This document shows positions 9,407 to 18,208 of a stretch of 32,000 nt of DNA, piece after piece. Both the position numbers and the translations under genes were made by a program. Source of the DNA: Promethearchaeum syntrophicum. GTDB lineage: Archaea; Asgardarchaeota; Lokiarchaeia; Sigyniarchaeales; Promethearchaeaceae. Under the pieces are notes generated by a model. That model made no database searches. It worked only from the letters and a program-made list of their open reading frames with translations, and had not been told where the DNA came from. The stretch's first letter is position 1; each line of letters opens with the position of its first letter. The stretch spans positions 2,520,001-2,552,000 of the forward strand of contig NZ_CP042905.2 in the NCBI RefSeq assembly GCF_008000775.2, given 5' to 3'.

Positions 9407-10297
9407 TTAAATATTATTCATTCTTTCAAATACTTTGTATAATCCTTGAGTTCCTAGGTTTTTAAATCCCATAGCTTTTGCTGCAATATAAAATTGGTAG
9501 ACCAATGAAAGCCCAGGAAGAGAAAGATTCATATTTTTCGCTTCTTGTAATGCAATCCCCATGTCTTTTATGAAATGTTTAATATAGAATCCAGGATCGA
9601 AATTCTTACTAGCAATTTGTCTTCCAAGGTTATTTATTGACCAAGAGGCCGCAGCTCCCTTTCCAATCACATCAATAATTTCATCCAAATTGATACCAGC
9701 TTTATATCCATATAATAGTGACTCTATAACCCCCACCATAGTAGATGCTATTAAAATTTGATTGCTCATTTTTGTATGTTGACCAGTACCAGCGTTCCCC
9801 ATATACGCAATATTTTCTCCTAAAATTTCAAAGATAGGTAAAACTAAGTCAAAAATATCACGTGATCCTCCAACCATAATAGCTAAATTCCCTCCAATTG
9901 CCCCTTTTTGACCACCAGAAACAGGCGCATCAAGTGAAAATACATTTTTTTCTTCCGCTTTTTTAAATATTTCTTGAGCGAGTCTAGGTTCAGAAGTAGT
10001 CATATCCACCAATATTGAATTAGGTTTAATTCCTTCAAATATGCCATCTGATCCAAAATAAACATTTTTTACATCTTTCGGATATCCTACAATGGTTATT
10101 ATTAATTCACTTCTTAATGCGACTTCTTTTGGATTTGAACACCAATGTGCCCCTAACTCCACAAGATTCTGAGCTTTTTCTTTTGAACGATTAAATAAAT
10201 ATATTTCATATTTGGATTTTAAGAGATGGCTGCACATTGGATTTCCCATAATTCCTGTTCCAACAAAACCTATTTTTTTGAATTTGCGTTTAATCAT
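9407..10297 (-). CDS. NAD(P)-dependent 3-hydroxyisobutyrate dehydrogenase-family oxidoreductase
   Basis: Rossmann motif 'IGFVGTGIMGNPM', then 'DAPVSGG' and 'GTGQHTKMSNQ', typical of the HIBADH/6PGDH-like family. ATG 10297 is preferred over the GTG at 10309 used in the track. Confidence 0.88.
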   Translation of the reverse strand: MIKRKFKKIGFVGTGIMGNPMCSHLLKSKYEIYLFNRSKEKAQNLVELGAHWCSNPKEVALRSELIITIVGYPKDVKNVYFGSDGIFEGIKPNSILVDMTTSEPRLAQEIFKKAEEKNVFSLDAPVSGGQKGAIGGNLAIMVGGSRDIFDLVLPIFEILGENIAYMGNAGTGQHTKMSNQILIASTMVGVIESLLYGYKAGINLDEIIDVIGKGAAASWSINNLGRQIASKNFDPGFYIKHFIKDMGIALQEAKNMNLSLPGLSLVYQFYIAAKAMGFKNLGTQGLYKVFERMNNI

Positions 10298-10361
10298 TAT
10301 ATACACCAAGATAATATTTGAAAAAAATATATCTTTAGGATTAACAAGTTAAATGAATTCG

Positions 10362-11153
10362 TTATTTGTAAATTAACTTACCATATTCCTTAACGCCCAC
10401 TTCTTCTTTATAATTTTTTATTGCTTTCAACATAATTTTCAAGAACATCCATTGAAAAAATGCCCCAATTAACCGATTAAACAAATTAATTTTAGATTTA
10501 TAATAATATCCCTTATCTAACCATTCGTTCTTTTGCCAATGCACCAGATCATTTGGGAAAACAGTTTTAGCGAGAACTTTTTTTGTTTGGAATTTTATTA
10601 CTTGCTTTAAATTTGGATGATGATTTTTTGGATCTTGTTTAATAGCGGAGATAAATCGAGATAAAACAACCTTATTCTTTCTCATGTTAGTCGATCGTTT
10701 ACTCGCCCAAATATTACCAATAGGATGAGCCCCCCAATTCACCCCAACTATTGTTAGATATTTAAGAGTCATTTTAAGACCTGAACTCGATGTTGTAGAG
10801 AGTCCGATATAGGGTTTACCGGTTAATATAGGACTATGAGCCCATTTTACGGTTCTATCGATGAACATTTTCATTTTTCCACTTACATTGTTATTATAAA
10901 CAGGAGATGCGACAATGAGTCCATCTTTTTTCTCAATCAAATTGGTAATTCCCCGAAAATCATCATTGATAGCACATCCATCTCCTAACACGCAATTTTC
11001 ACAACCCTTACAATCTTTCAAATCTTTTTCATTGAGATGAATAATTTCTAAATTAATGCCGTTCTGATTTAGCTGTGATTCAAAAAATTTTAAGAGATTG
11101 TGTGTATTTCCATCTCGTTTCCCCCCCAAAAGTGCAACTACTTGCTTTTCCAT
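10362..11153 (-). CDS. Iron-sulfur flavoprotein (Isf-like), NADPH-dependent FMN-reductase/flavodoxin fold
   Basis: 'VVALLGGKRDGNTHNLL' and 'LIVASPVYNNNVSGKMKMFIDR' indicate a flavodoxin-like FMN site. The compact cluster motif 'CKGCENCVLGDGC' (CX2CX2CX5C) is as described for Methanosarcina Isf. There is a ~90-aa C-terminal extension. Confidence 0.8.
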   Translation of the reverse strand: MEKQVVALLGGKRDGNTHNLLKFFESQLNQNGINLEIIHLNEKDLKDCKGCENCVLGDGCAINDDFRGITNLIEKKDGLIVASPVYNNNVSGKMKMFIDRTVKWAHSPILTGKPYIGLSTTSSSGLKMTLKYLTIVGVNWGAHPIGNIWASKRSTNMRKNKVVLSRFISAIKQDPKNHHPNLKQVIKFQTKKVLAKTVFPNDLVHWQKNEWLDKGYYYKSKINLFNRLIGAFFQWMFLKIMLKAIKNYKEEVGVKEYGKLIYK

Positions 11154-11453
11154 TCTTATAATCCCTTATTATGTAAGATAACATATTTTAATAGAATTTT
11201 TGTGATTTATATAGGAAGTTCCAAAGAAGATTCAATAAACCACAAAATCCAAGATAATGTAATTTTCTCCATTATAATTAAATTTAGATAGTTATAAAGA
11301 AGTAAATATACTAATCTATCAAAATTTAACAACTTTTTGACTTTAAATACCCTTTTATTGAAGTATGAACGAAAGTTTTCACACTTACGCCAGTTCTATA
11401 AGAAAATGGTAAACCATAGAAACAAAGAAAATAATAAAAAAATTGAATTAATT

Positions 11454-12659
11454 TTATTCTTTTAAACCAAAGATCTCAGTAACTAAAGGCGCAATGTGAA
11501 TTTTACGAGTATCTCCGTTGAAATTATCCAAATCTGGATGATCTAATTCTATTCTTTCCACTAAATCTTCTAATAATGAATGGTAAACTCCTAGGTTTTC
11601 TTCAGCCAATAATAAGCATAGAGCGACATGTCCTTGCTTAAAAACTAGAGATTTTGAGCCAATTTCGATATTCTCAAGCTTTCCTTTATCACCAGAAATT
11701 TCAGCGAGCATGCCTTTAATTCCCACTAATCCGCCAGCAACAAGATCAGAATTTGGTCTTTCTGATTCTGGGATTGTTACGGTAGCTTTTACATCACCGT
11801 TTAAAGCACCTTCTTTTAGTTCTGCAAAAGATTTGTAATATAAAGAAATACCAGTTTCAGCTATAATAACATGCATTTCAATCATACCAGATTTCCAAGC
11901 AAATTCATCATATGAAGGGATCGAGAGGAAGAAATGTCGCATTACAATAAATCCTATTAATTCAATTAATATACCAATTGGATACAACCATCTATCTTCT
12001 GATCGTTGTGAGATCTCAAGAGCACCTCCAATTCCAGCAATAACAATTCCTACAATCCCTAGTAAAACTTGATTTCTAACTTTCTTTTGTGGAGCTAATT
12101 TTACAACAAGAATATAAACCAATCCAAAGAAATCAATAAACGCGAATATACCAATTACTAAAGCGATTGGGATCATTGCTCCAGATGAAATTGAGACATT
12201 AACTGCCGTAGGATCATTTCCTACAACGAAGACGAGAACAAACATATAAATAATTGAGATTGTTCCAATTATGGCAGCTATATATGCAATAAATTTCTTA
12301 TTTTTGGCCAAAATTAACAAACACACATACCCAATGGGTATTATCATTAAGAGAATTAGAAAATACTGCAAGGGTACTAACCAAAGTAAATTATAGCCTT
12401 GTGATTCAAAATCGCCTTTAAAGAAATAATTAATAGTAGCTGGAAACGTATATAGAGCATAGCCAATCATCGCAACTGCTATAATGAAAAAGATCATATA
12501 TGCAGGATCTCCACGTCGCGTGGTTTTGTCGGTTGTTGCATATCTAGTTAGCAAATCCCAACCGAATAAAAGTAAAAGCAGAATAAACATGCCATACATT
12601 AATAGAACTAACGATTCAATAGTCGTAAAATCATGGTTTAGGTTTTCAATAAATATCAT
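11454..12659 (-). CDS. Polytopic membrane protein with cytoplasmic C-terminal roadblock/LC7-like domain
   Basis: 401-aa ORF with roughly 7-8 hydrophobic helices in the first ~245 aa. The C-terminal ~150 aa has a beta-beta-alpha-beta-beta-alpha pattern ('MHVIIAETGISLYYKSF...LVAGGLVGIKGMLAEISG...LENIEIGSKSLVFKQGHVALCLLLAEE...YHSLLEDLVERI'). Confidence 0.7.
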   Translation of the reverse strand: MIFIENLNHDFTTIESLVLLMYGMFILLLLLFGWDLLTRYATTDKTTRRGDPAYMIFFIIAVAMIGYALYTFPATINYFFKGDFESQGYNLLWLVPLQYFLILLMIIPIGYVCLLILAKNKKFIAYIAAIIGTISIIYMFVLVFVVGNDPTAVNVSISSGAMIPIALVIGIFAFIDFFGLVYILVVKLAPQKKVRNQVLLGIVGIVIAGIGGALEISQRSEDRWLYPIGILIELIGFIVMRHFFLSIPSYDEFAWKSGMIEMHVIIAETGISLYYKSFAELKEGALNGDVKATVTIPESERPNSDLVAGGLVGIKGMLAEISGDKGKLENIEIGSKSLVFKQGHVALCLLLAEENLGVYHSLLEDLVERIELDHPDLDNFNGDTRKIHIAPLVTEIFGLKE

Positions 12660-12814
12660 CTTATATTTCTCCTAAAATTTCATATATTTGAATATAATAT
12701 CGTTAATACAACTTAAATAGTTTAAGTTTAATTTTTTCATCCAATCTTTAAGCAAATTGGAAATATTCTAATTTCAACAATTCTGTATTAAAAAAAAAAA
12801 TAAGAAAATAAACG

Positions 12815-13069
12815 CTATTCAAACCTATATCCGCATGTATCTTTAGTAAGATGTTCATTTTTATTTCTTGGATATATTCTACAGTTCATTGGGCGTATTA
12901 GGTAGATTATACAACGAGATTTATGATTTTTATCATATCTAAGAAATGGACACACATTTGGAAGTTTGCAACAAGCACCACATCGCAGACATTCACCAAC
13001 TCTACTTTTATCTCTCGGAAGAAATGCAGTAAAGCACCTTATAAATCTCCCATACCAATTGTTTTTCAT
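12815..13069 (-). CDS. YkgJ-family (CxxCxxCC) zinc/iron-chelating cysteine-cluster protein
   Basis: 'CLRCGACCKLPNVCPFLRYDKNHKSRCIIYLIRPMNCRIYP' matches the UPF0153/YkgJ cysteine pattern. It lies 12 nt downstream of the reductase gene on the same strand. Confidence 0.8.
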   Translation of the reverse strand: MKNNWYGRFIRCFTAFLPRDKSRVGECLRCGACCKLPNVCPFLRYDKNHKSRCIIYLIRPMNCRIYPRNKNEHLTKDTCGYRFE

Positions 13070-13081
13070 AATCTCACTATC

Positions 13082-14440
13082 TTACTTGCATTTTTTTCTG
13101 GCTACATTTACCGCAACTAAAATAGGGTCCCAAGCCGGAGCGAATGGTGGTGCATATGCTAAATCTAATTGTTGAATATCTTCAATCTTCATCCCCATAC
13201 TTAAAGCGGTAGCAAAAACATCAATTTTCTTAGCACCTAAAGAACTTGGTGCAGTAATCTCTGCACCCAAAAGCAAATGAGTATCTGGATCAAAACGAAG
13301 CAGAATTGACATTTTTTTAGCGCCGGGATAGTAGTGGGCAAGTTCATTAATTGTAATTAAAGAAGTTTGAACATTATACCCCATCTTTTTTGCATTATCA
13401 TCAGATATACCAGTTTGGGCACAATATAGATCATATACTTTAAAAACCGCAGTACCAACAATACCCAAAAACGGATCTGCCTTGTTACCTGCAATATGAG
13501 TCCCTGCTAATCTACCTAATCTATTAGCTGCTGGTGCAAGAGGTGAATAGACTTCTTTTTTTAATAATCTATTATAAGCTGTAGCGCAATCTCCGGCAGA
13601 ATAGACATTTTCAATATTTGTTCGACAAAACTCGTCAATTATTATTGCACCATTACTTAACATATCCAATTTCGTATTTTTAAATATATCTGTTGCAGGA
13701 ACGACACCAATCGAAAGTTGAACTAAATCAGTTTCAATTTCTTCTCCATCTACCAGAATAACTTTCAATTTTTCATCAGATATCGATTTGATTGAGTTTA
13801 CTCGTTTTTTGAGAATAATTTTTACTCCATGCAATTCTAACTCTTTTCGGATAAAATCTTGACTCTCTGAACGGAAATTAAGTCTTGGACCAACTAATGT
13901 TAAATTTTTAACTCCTTGTGCTTCATAAGCTTCCAACATTTCAAGACCAATATATCCTCCACCAATAATAACTGCAGAATTAATTTTTGTAGTGGTTAAG
14001 AAATCTTTTAATCTTTTTGCATGACCTAAAGTATGTACTTTGAAAACTCTTGGATGGTCAAGATTGCTTTCGCTTGAAATTTTCGATATATTTGATTTTC
14101 CTCCAGTAGTAATCACAAGATAATCATAATTTTCTTTTAATTCATTTCCGGATTTGATATCTACTATTAATACTTCTTTATTTTCAAAATCAACAGTTTT
14201 TACTTCATGGAAAAGATGAATGGGGATTTTTCTTTTAGTTTCCATCTTCTCTTTTGTCAAAGTTATTAACGAATCTAATGATTTAACATCATCAGATACA
14301 TAATAAGGTATTCCACAAGATCCATAAGAAATGTACTGGTCTTTCTCATAAACATCGATTTGCCAATCTTTATGAGTTTTTCTAATTGCACTCGCTGCAG
14401 AAAGACCTGCAGCATTGGCTCCAATGACAATAATTTTCAT
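13082..14440 (-). CDS. FAD-dependent pyridine nucleotide-disulfide oxidoreductase, CoA-disulfide reductase / NADH oxidase family
   Basis: N-terminal FAD fold 'MKIIVIGANAAGLSAA', single redox cysteine motif 'SYGSCGIPYY', second Rossmann 'AVIIGGGYIGLEMLEA' and 'YSAGDCA'. Confidence 0.9.
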   Translation of the reverse strand: MKIIVIGANAAGLSAASAIRKTHKDWQIDVYEKDQYISYGSCGIPYYVSDDVKSLDSLITLTKEKMETKRKIPIHLFHEVKTVDFENKEVLIVDIKSGNELKENYDYLVITTGGKSNISKISSESNLDHPRVFKVHTLGHAKRLKDFLTTTKINSAVIIGGGYIGLEMLEAYEAQGVKNLTLVGPRLNFRSESQDFIRKELELHGVKIILKKRVNSIKSISDEKLKVILVDGEEIETDLVQLSIGVVPATDIFKNTKLDMLSNGAIIIDEFCRTNIENVYSAGDCATAYNRLLKKEVYSPLAPAANRLGRLAGTHIAGNKADPFLGIVGTAVFKVYDLYCAQTGISDDNAKKMGYNVQTSLITINELAHYYPGAKKMSILLRFDPDTHLLLGAEITAPSSLGAKKIDVFATALSMGMKIEDIQQLDLAYAPPFAPAWDPILVAVNVARKKCK

Positions 14441-14504
14441 ATTTTTTTCTCCTTTAAAAAATCAATTTTCAGACAAATAAATGAAAAACATAATCAAAAA
14501 AAAT

Positions 14505-14984
14505 CTATCTATTAGAAAAATTTATCCTATATGTGTTTTTTATTTTGGTTTTAACAGAATTTGCTATGGGACATCTTTTTTCTGCAATTTCTAAAACTTT
14601 CATAGCTTTTCTCTCATTTTTTTCCATACCCTTTGGAAGAGTTAATGTTATATTCAGAGAAATCTCAGTCATCATTTTTACATCATCAAGAACATCCATT
14701 AGGCCTGATGCAGAAATATCTATATTTTCATACTGTAAATTTGAATTCTGTGAAACTACACTAAATGTGGTAAAGAAACATCCTGTGATTGCAGCCATAT
14801 ACATATCTTCAGGGGTATATGTAAGAGTATTTTTATTTTCATCATATAATCCCCCATATTCTGGAGGCAATTGCAGAGTAATTCTCGGTAACATTTTACT
14901 CACCGATATTTTACAAGTTTTTTCAAAATTATTCTCTTTCTCGAGATCCTTATCGGTTTGAAATAGATCTAATTTAAATTCCAT
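14505..14984 (-). CDS. OsmC/Ohr-family peroxiredoxin-like protein
   Basis: Two conserved cysteines in the expected contexts, 'AITGCFFTTF' and 'AEKRCPIANS'. The size (159 aa) is typical. Confidence 0.8.
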   Translation of the reverse strand: MEFKLDLFQTDKDLEKENNFEKTCKISVSKMLPRITLQLPPEYGGLYDENKNTLTYTPEDMYMAAITGCFFTTFSVVSQNSNLQYENIDISASGLMDVLDDVKMMTEISLNITLTLPKGMEKNERKAMKVLEIAEKRCPIANSVKTKIKNTYRINFSNR

Positions 14985-15112
14985 TTGTTTTCACCCTTTT
15001 ATTTTTTCAAAATAACACGGACATATTACAGATAATTATTATTTTGAAAGTTAAATAATAAGTAAATTGGATGATCATTTCCAAATAAAAAATATGGAAC
15101 AATGTCGATAAA

Positions 15113-16042
15113 ATGAAATTGTCTGAAACTTTCTCTGATTTCTTAATTGCAAAGGAAATTGAAGAGGGGTGTTCATCTTCAACAATTCGAGCATATTCTT
15201 ATGATTTAAAGATATTAGAGCGAGAATTAGGAGATCCTCATTTAAACAGTATTAAGATTTTTCATATTCGGAAAGTTCTAAAAATATTTTTTGATAAAAA
15301 ATATTCAAAACAAGCCATCGCCAGGAAAATCGCTTGCTATAAAAGTTTCTTCAATTTTTGCTATGAAAATGAACTGATATCTAAAAACCCAATGAAAGCG
15401 GTAAAAAGTCCTAAAATTCGACCTGAAGAGTCTTTACCAAAGTTTCTCTCACAACAAGAAGTAAGAGATATATTAAGTTTTTTAGAGGAAAATAAAAAAA
15501 TTCCTTATACGAGCAGAATAAGATTGACAATTATTATTCGTCTTCTTTACGCATCTATGGCACGAGTTAGCGAAATTAGTGCCTTGAAAGTATTTGATGT
15601 AAATTTCGATCAAAATCTTATTAAAGTTAGAGGAAAAGGAAATAAAGAAAGATATATCCCAATTGATTTACAGACAGCAAAATTACTTAGAATTCAAATA
15701 GAAAATCAATCTGTAATAAATAAAGATAAAAGCTCCTACTTATTTCTAAATAATCGAGGAACCCAGTTAAAACCAAGATCGATTCAACAAGATATACAAA
15801 ATTTGAAATTCTTATTAGGCTATTCAAATGATAAGAAATTGACACCTCATATCTTTAGGCATACAGGAGCAACCCATCTAAGACAAAATGGGATGGATAT
15901 TAGTGAATTGCAAGATATTCTTGGACATAGTAGCCCTAATACAACAAAAATTTATGCCAAAAACGATTTAAATAGATTAAAAAAGTCCTATATACATTAC
16001 CATCCTTTAGAGATAAGTAATGATGGAAAAGAAAGTTTTTAG
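15113..16042 (+). CDS. xerA: Tyrosine recombinase, XerC/D/XerA type
   Basis: N-terminal SAM-like core-binding domain ('TIRAYSYDLKILEREL'). Catalytic residues lie in 'ASMARVSEISALKVFDV', 'HIFRHTGATHL' and 'LGHSSPNTTKIYA'. Confidence 0.88.
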   Translation: MKLSETFSDFLIAKEIEEGCSSSTIRAYSYDLKILERELGDPHLNSIKIFHIRKVLKIFFDKKYSKQAIARKIACYKSFFNFCYENELISKNPMKAVKSPKIRPEESLPKFLSQQEVRDILSFLEENKKIPYTSRIRLTIIIRLLYASMARVSEISALKVFDVNFDQNLIKVRGKGNKERYIPIDLQTAKLLRIQIENQSVINKDKSSYLFLNNRGTQLKPRSIQQDIQNLKFLLGYSNDKKLTPHIFRHTGATHLRQNGMDISELQDILGHSSPNTTKIYAKNDLNRLKKSYIHYHPLEISNDGKESF

Positions 16043-16482
16043 AAATCCAATGAATCTATCGAAAATGTTTTAGATTCTTTTTCATAATTCATCAAAAATT
16101 CCGCGGTATTAGTCCAAACTTCGATTCTGGTCAAGATATCTTCGTTATTACAAGGTAAGAGTAAAATATCATCATAAAGATATCTTTCAGAATTGTCCAT
16201 ATTTTTAAAGTATTTTTTAAGACATAAACCAATTATTGGAACTTCTTGGAAAATATTCTCATTATGGATTTTTTTAATTAATTTTGAATTACGAATCCAT
16301 GGTTGATCTGAGTTTATTATTATAAGCATTACATTTTCGTACATTCTAATGTATTGTAGTGAAATTTCTTGTTGAATTCTTATCAAATGGTATTTTTTTT
16401 GAAGATATAATTGTAAAATATCATTTAATGAAGATTCCACTCCAAAAGTTATAATTATTGGAGTATTTTCGGAGCATTCCAC
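16039..16482 (-). CDS. CheY-like receiver-fold protein, apparently degenerate (pseudo-receiver)
   Basis: 147-aa ORF (GTG start) with an alternating beta/alpha pattern. 'LIIINSDQPW' sits at the phospho-Asp position and 'YDDILLLPCNNEDILTRIE' resembles 'DDYLxKPfxxeEL'. The N-terminal acidic pair and the conserved Lys are absent. Confidence 0.5.
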   Translation of the reverse strand: MECSENTPIIITFGVESSLNDILQLYLQKKYHLIRIQQEISLQYIRMYENVMLIIINSDQPWIRNSKLIKKIHNENIFQEVPIIGLCLKKYFKNMDNSERYLYDDILLLPCNNEDILTRIEVWTNTAEFLMNYEKESKTFSIDSLDF

Positions 16483-16621
16483 GATTAATTTTAATTTATT
16501 ATAATTATAAATGTTTTTATTGGGTTTAATAAATAAGAAATAAAAATGAGAAGAAAATATTATTAAAAAAAAAGATCAGAAAGATAAAAAAAAATAGATT
16601 TGGTGTGTGATTATAATGAAA

Positions 16622-16996
16622 TTAGAGATCAATGATTAGATGCAATAACTCTTCCAAATTTTTCGAACTTGATGGTGGTTTTATTTTAAAGTTATAATGT
16701 TTTATGTAAATTTTTTCCCCTGTTTCATAGAAATGCAAATCAGATAGAGCATTATAATACTGATCTGAATTATTATTTAAAAATTGAAATGTGGTTTTCA
16801 TTATTTCAACCGCCAATATTCTCTCTCCGGCTAAAAAAGCAAATCTTGCAGCATGTCTTAAAGCTGTAATCACTTGAGATTGATTCTTATTCTTATTTTT
16901 TTGAGCTTTTGTTAGCATTGCTTTAATTTGATTTTTCCAATATTGATTTTCCTTAACAAATTTTTCATTTTTTATAAAGTGATTTTCACTTAGCAT
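16622..16996 (-). CDS. Hypothetical protein
   Basis: 124-aa ORF with ATG start and no competing ORF. No motif recognised. Confidence 0.5.
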   Translation of the reverse strand: MLSENHFIKNEKFVKENQYWKNQIKAMLTKAQKNKNKNQSQVITALRHAARFAFLAGERILAVEIMKTTFQFLNNNSDQYYNALSDLHFYETGEKIYIKHYNFKIKPPSSSKNLEELLHLIIDL

Positions 16997-17228
16997 TTAC
17001 ATACCCCCAATATAGAAAAAAAGTATTAATTTCTAACATATAAATTCACCAAAATGGAGTATTTAAGTTTTATAGAAAAAATCTTCGCTTTCAGGCCATA
17101 ATCTATAAAATTTCTCCGCAATTTGAAACTAAAAGTTATTTTTAGATCACCTTTAAATATAACAATTCCGTGAAAAGAATAATTAAAAAATTTCATATGG
17201 AAATTAAAAATAAAAAAATGATGCTATT

Positions 17229-17483
17229 TTGAGTGCAAACAATATATCTTCCAAGAAAATTGAGGATTTAGCATATAAGATATCCCAAAAAGATTTAACA
17301 TATGATCAATTTGTCTGGAAACTAGCAAAGAATACTTTAAAACTGGAAAATGGAATTGACCCTGATCAAGATTTAATTCGAGAAATCGCTCAAGCAATTA
17401 ATAATCAGCATTTATCTTTAGAGAAATTGCATTGGTTAATTGCAGAGAAAATCTTGTTGTATAAAAACAAATTTGATTATTAG
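17229..17483 (+). CDS. Small hypothetical helical protein
   Basis: 84-aa ORF with TTG start, first of three co-directional genes with 50-63 nt gaps. No motif recognised. Confidence 0.4.
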   Translation: MSANNISSKKIEDLAYKISQKDLTYDQFVWKLAKNTLKLENGIDPDQDLIREIAQAINNQHLSLEKLHWLIAEKILLYKNKFDY

Positions 17484-17520
17484 ATATTAGAGCCTTTAAA
17501 CTCAGCAATATTTAAAAAAT

Positions 17521-17527
17521 AGGAGGG
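17521..17527 (+). promoter_or_regulatory. Shine-Dalgarno site
   Basis: 'aggaggg', with GGAGG 7 nt upstream of ATG 17534. Confidence 0.6.
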
Positions 17528-17533
17528 ATTATA

Positions 17534-18145
17534 ATGTATATTTGCATTTCTGCTAATAAAGCTTCAATAATTCAAATGGAAATCATAGATTTTTACAAAG
17601 AATCAAGAAAAGTGGTATTTAATCTTGATAAAAAACGTGATTATAATAAAGCGATAAGAACTCTAACACCTAAAGGACTCAAAAAAAGAAAAAGGAAAAA
17701 AAACAAGAGAAATGAAAAGCTAATTCAAAGAACAATAACAGAAACTATAGATTCATTTTTAAATATCGATTTACCGAAAATTAAACCTAAAGAATATCTA
17801 AAAACAAACAAAAAAATTGAGAATAGTAAATATCAAAATATTATTGAAGAAATTCTAATCCAACAATTTGGATCAGGGGGAAATCTTGAAGTTATTTGCC
17901 CATTCTGCCAAGATACGATTAATTTTGAATATTTCAATTTAGATGATAGAAAAAATATAGCAATGCGAATTTGTTCTTGTGATGCAATTACTCGAATCAG
18001 TGTTCGAGGATTTAATAAAAAGATTTTCTCAGATATTGGGATTTCGCCAGATTTGTTTAATAAATATGGTCAAAAAACTGAGAATGATATTCAAGATGAA
18101 TTCGGTAACAGAATTTTTACATATGCCTTTAAAATCCTAAATTAA
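17534..18145 (+). CDS. Hypothetical protein with K/R-rich segment and zinc-ribbon-like cysteines
   Basis: 203-aa ORF with a strong SD. It has the basic run 'KGLKKRKRKKNKRNEK' and 'CPFCQDTINFEYFNLDDRKNIAMRICSCD' (CxxC...CxC). Confidence 0.65.
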   Translation: MYICISANKASIIQMEIIDFYKESRKVVFNLDKKRDYNKAIRTLTPKGLKKRKRKKNKRNEKLIQRTITETIDSFLNIDLPKIKPKEYLKTNKKIENSKYQNIIEEILIQQFGSGGNLEVICPFCQDTINFEYFNLDDRKNIAMRICSCDAITRISVRGFNKKIFSDIGISPDLFNKYGQKTENDIQDEFGNRIFTYAFKILN

Positions 18146-18208
18146 TACTCCTTCGAAATTTCATAAAAAATCATAAATCTAATCCAGACAATTACCTTAA
18201 TAAAAATA

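Noticed and set aside
14533-14961. A 142-aa ORF lying entirely antisense to the OsmC-like gene
   Set aside because: It is a low-complexity F/S/I-rich translation with no motifs. The opposite strand carries a recognisable OsmC protein with both conserved cysteines, so this is a shadow ORF.
15113-16042. The XerA-type recombinase as the integrase of the carS cassette, or as the marker of a large island spanning 15.1-25.2 kb
   Set aside because: It lies 6 kb outside the direct repeats. I found no third copy of the repeat near it. XerA-type enzymes are normally chromosomal dimer-resolution proteins. Action in trans cannot be excluded but is unsupported.
17196-17213. A small inverted repeat 'AATTTC-ATATG-GAAATT' in the divergent promoter region
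   Set aside because: The arms are only 6 bp in AT-rich DNA, which is indistinguishable from background.
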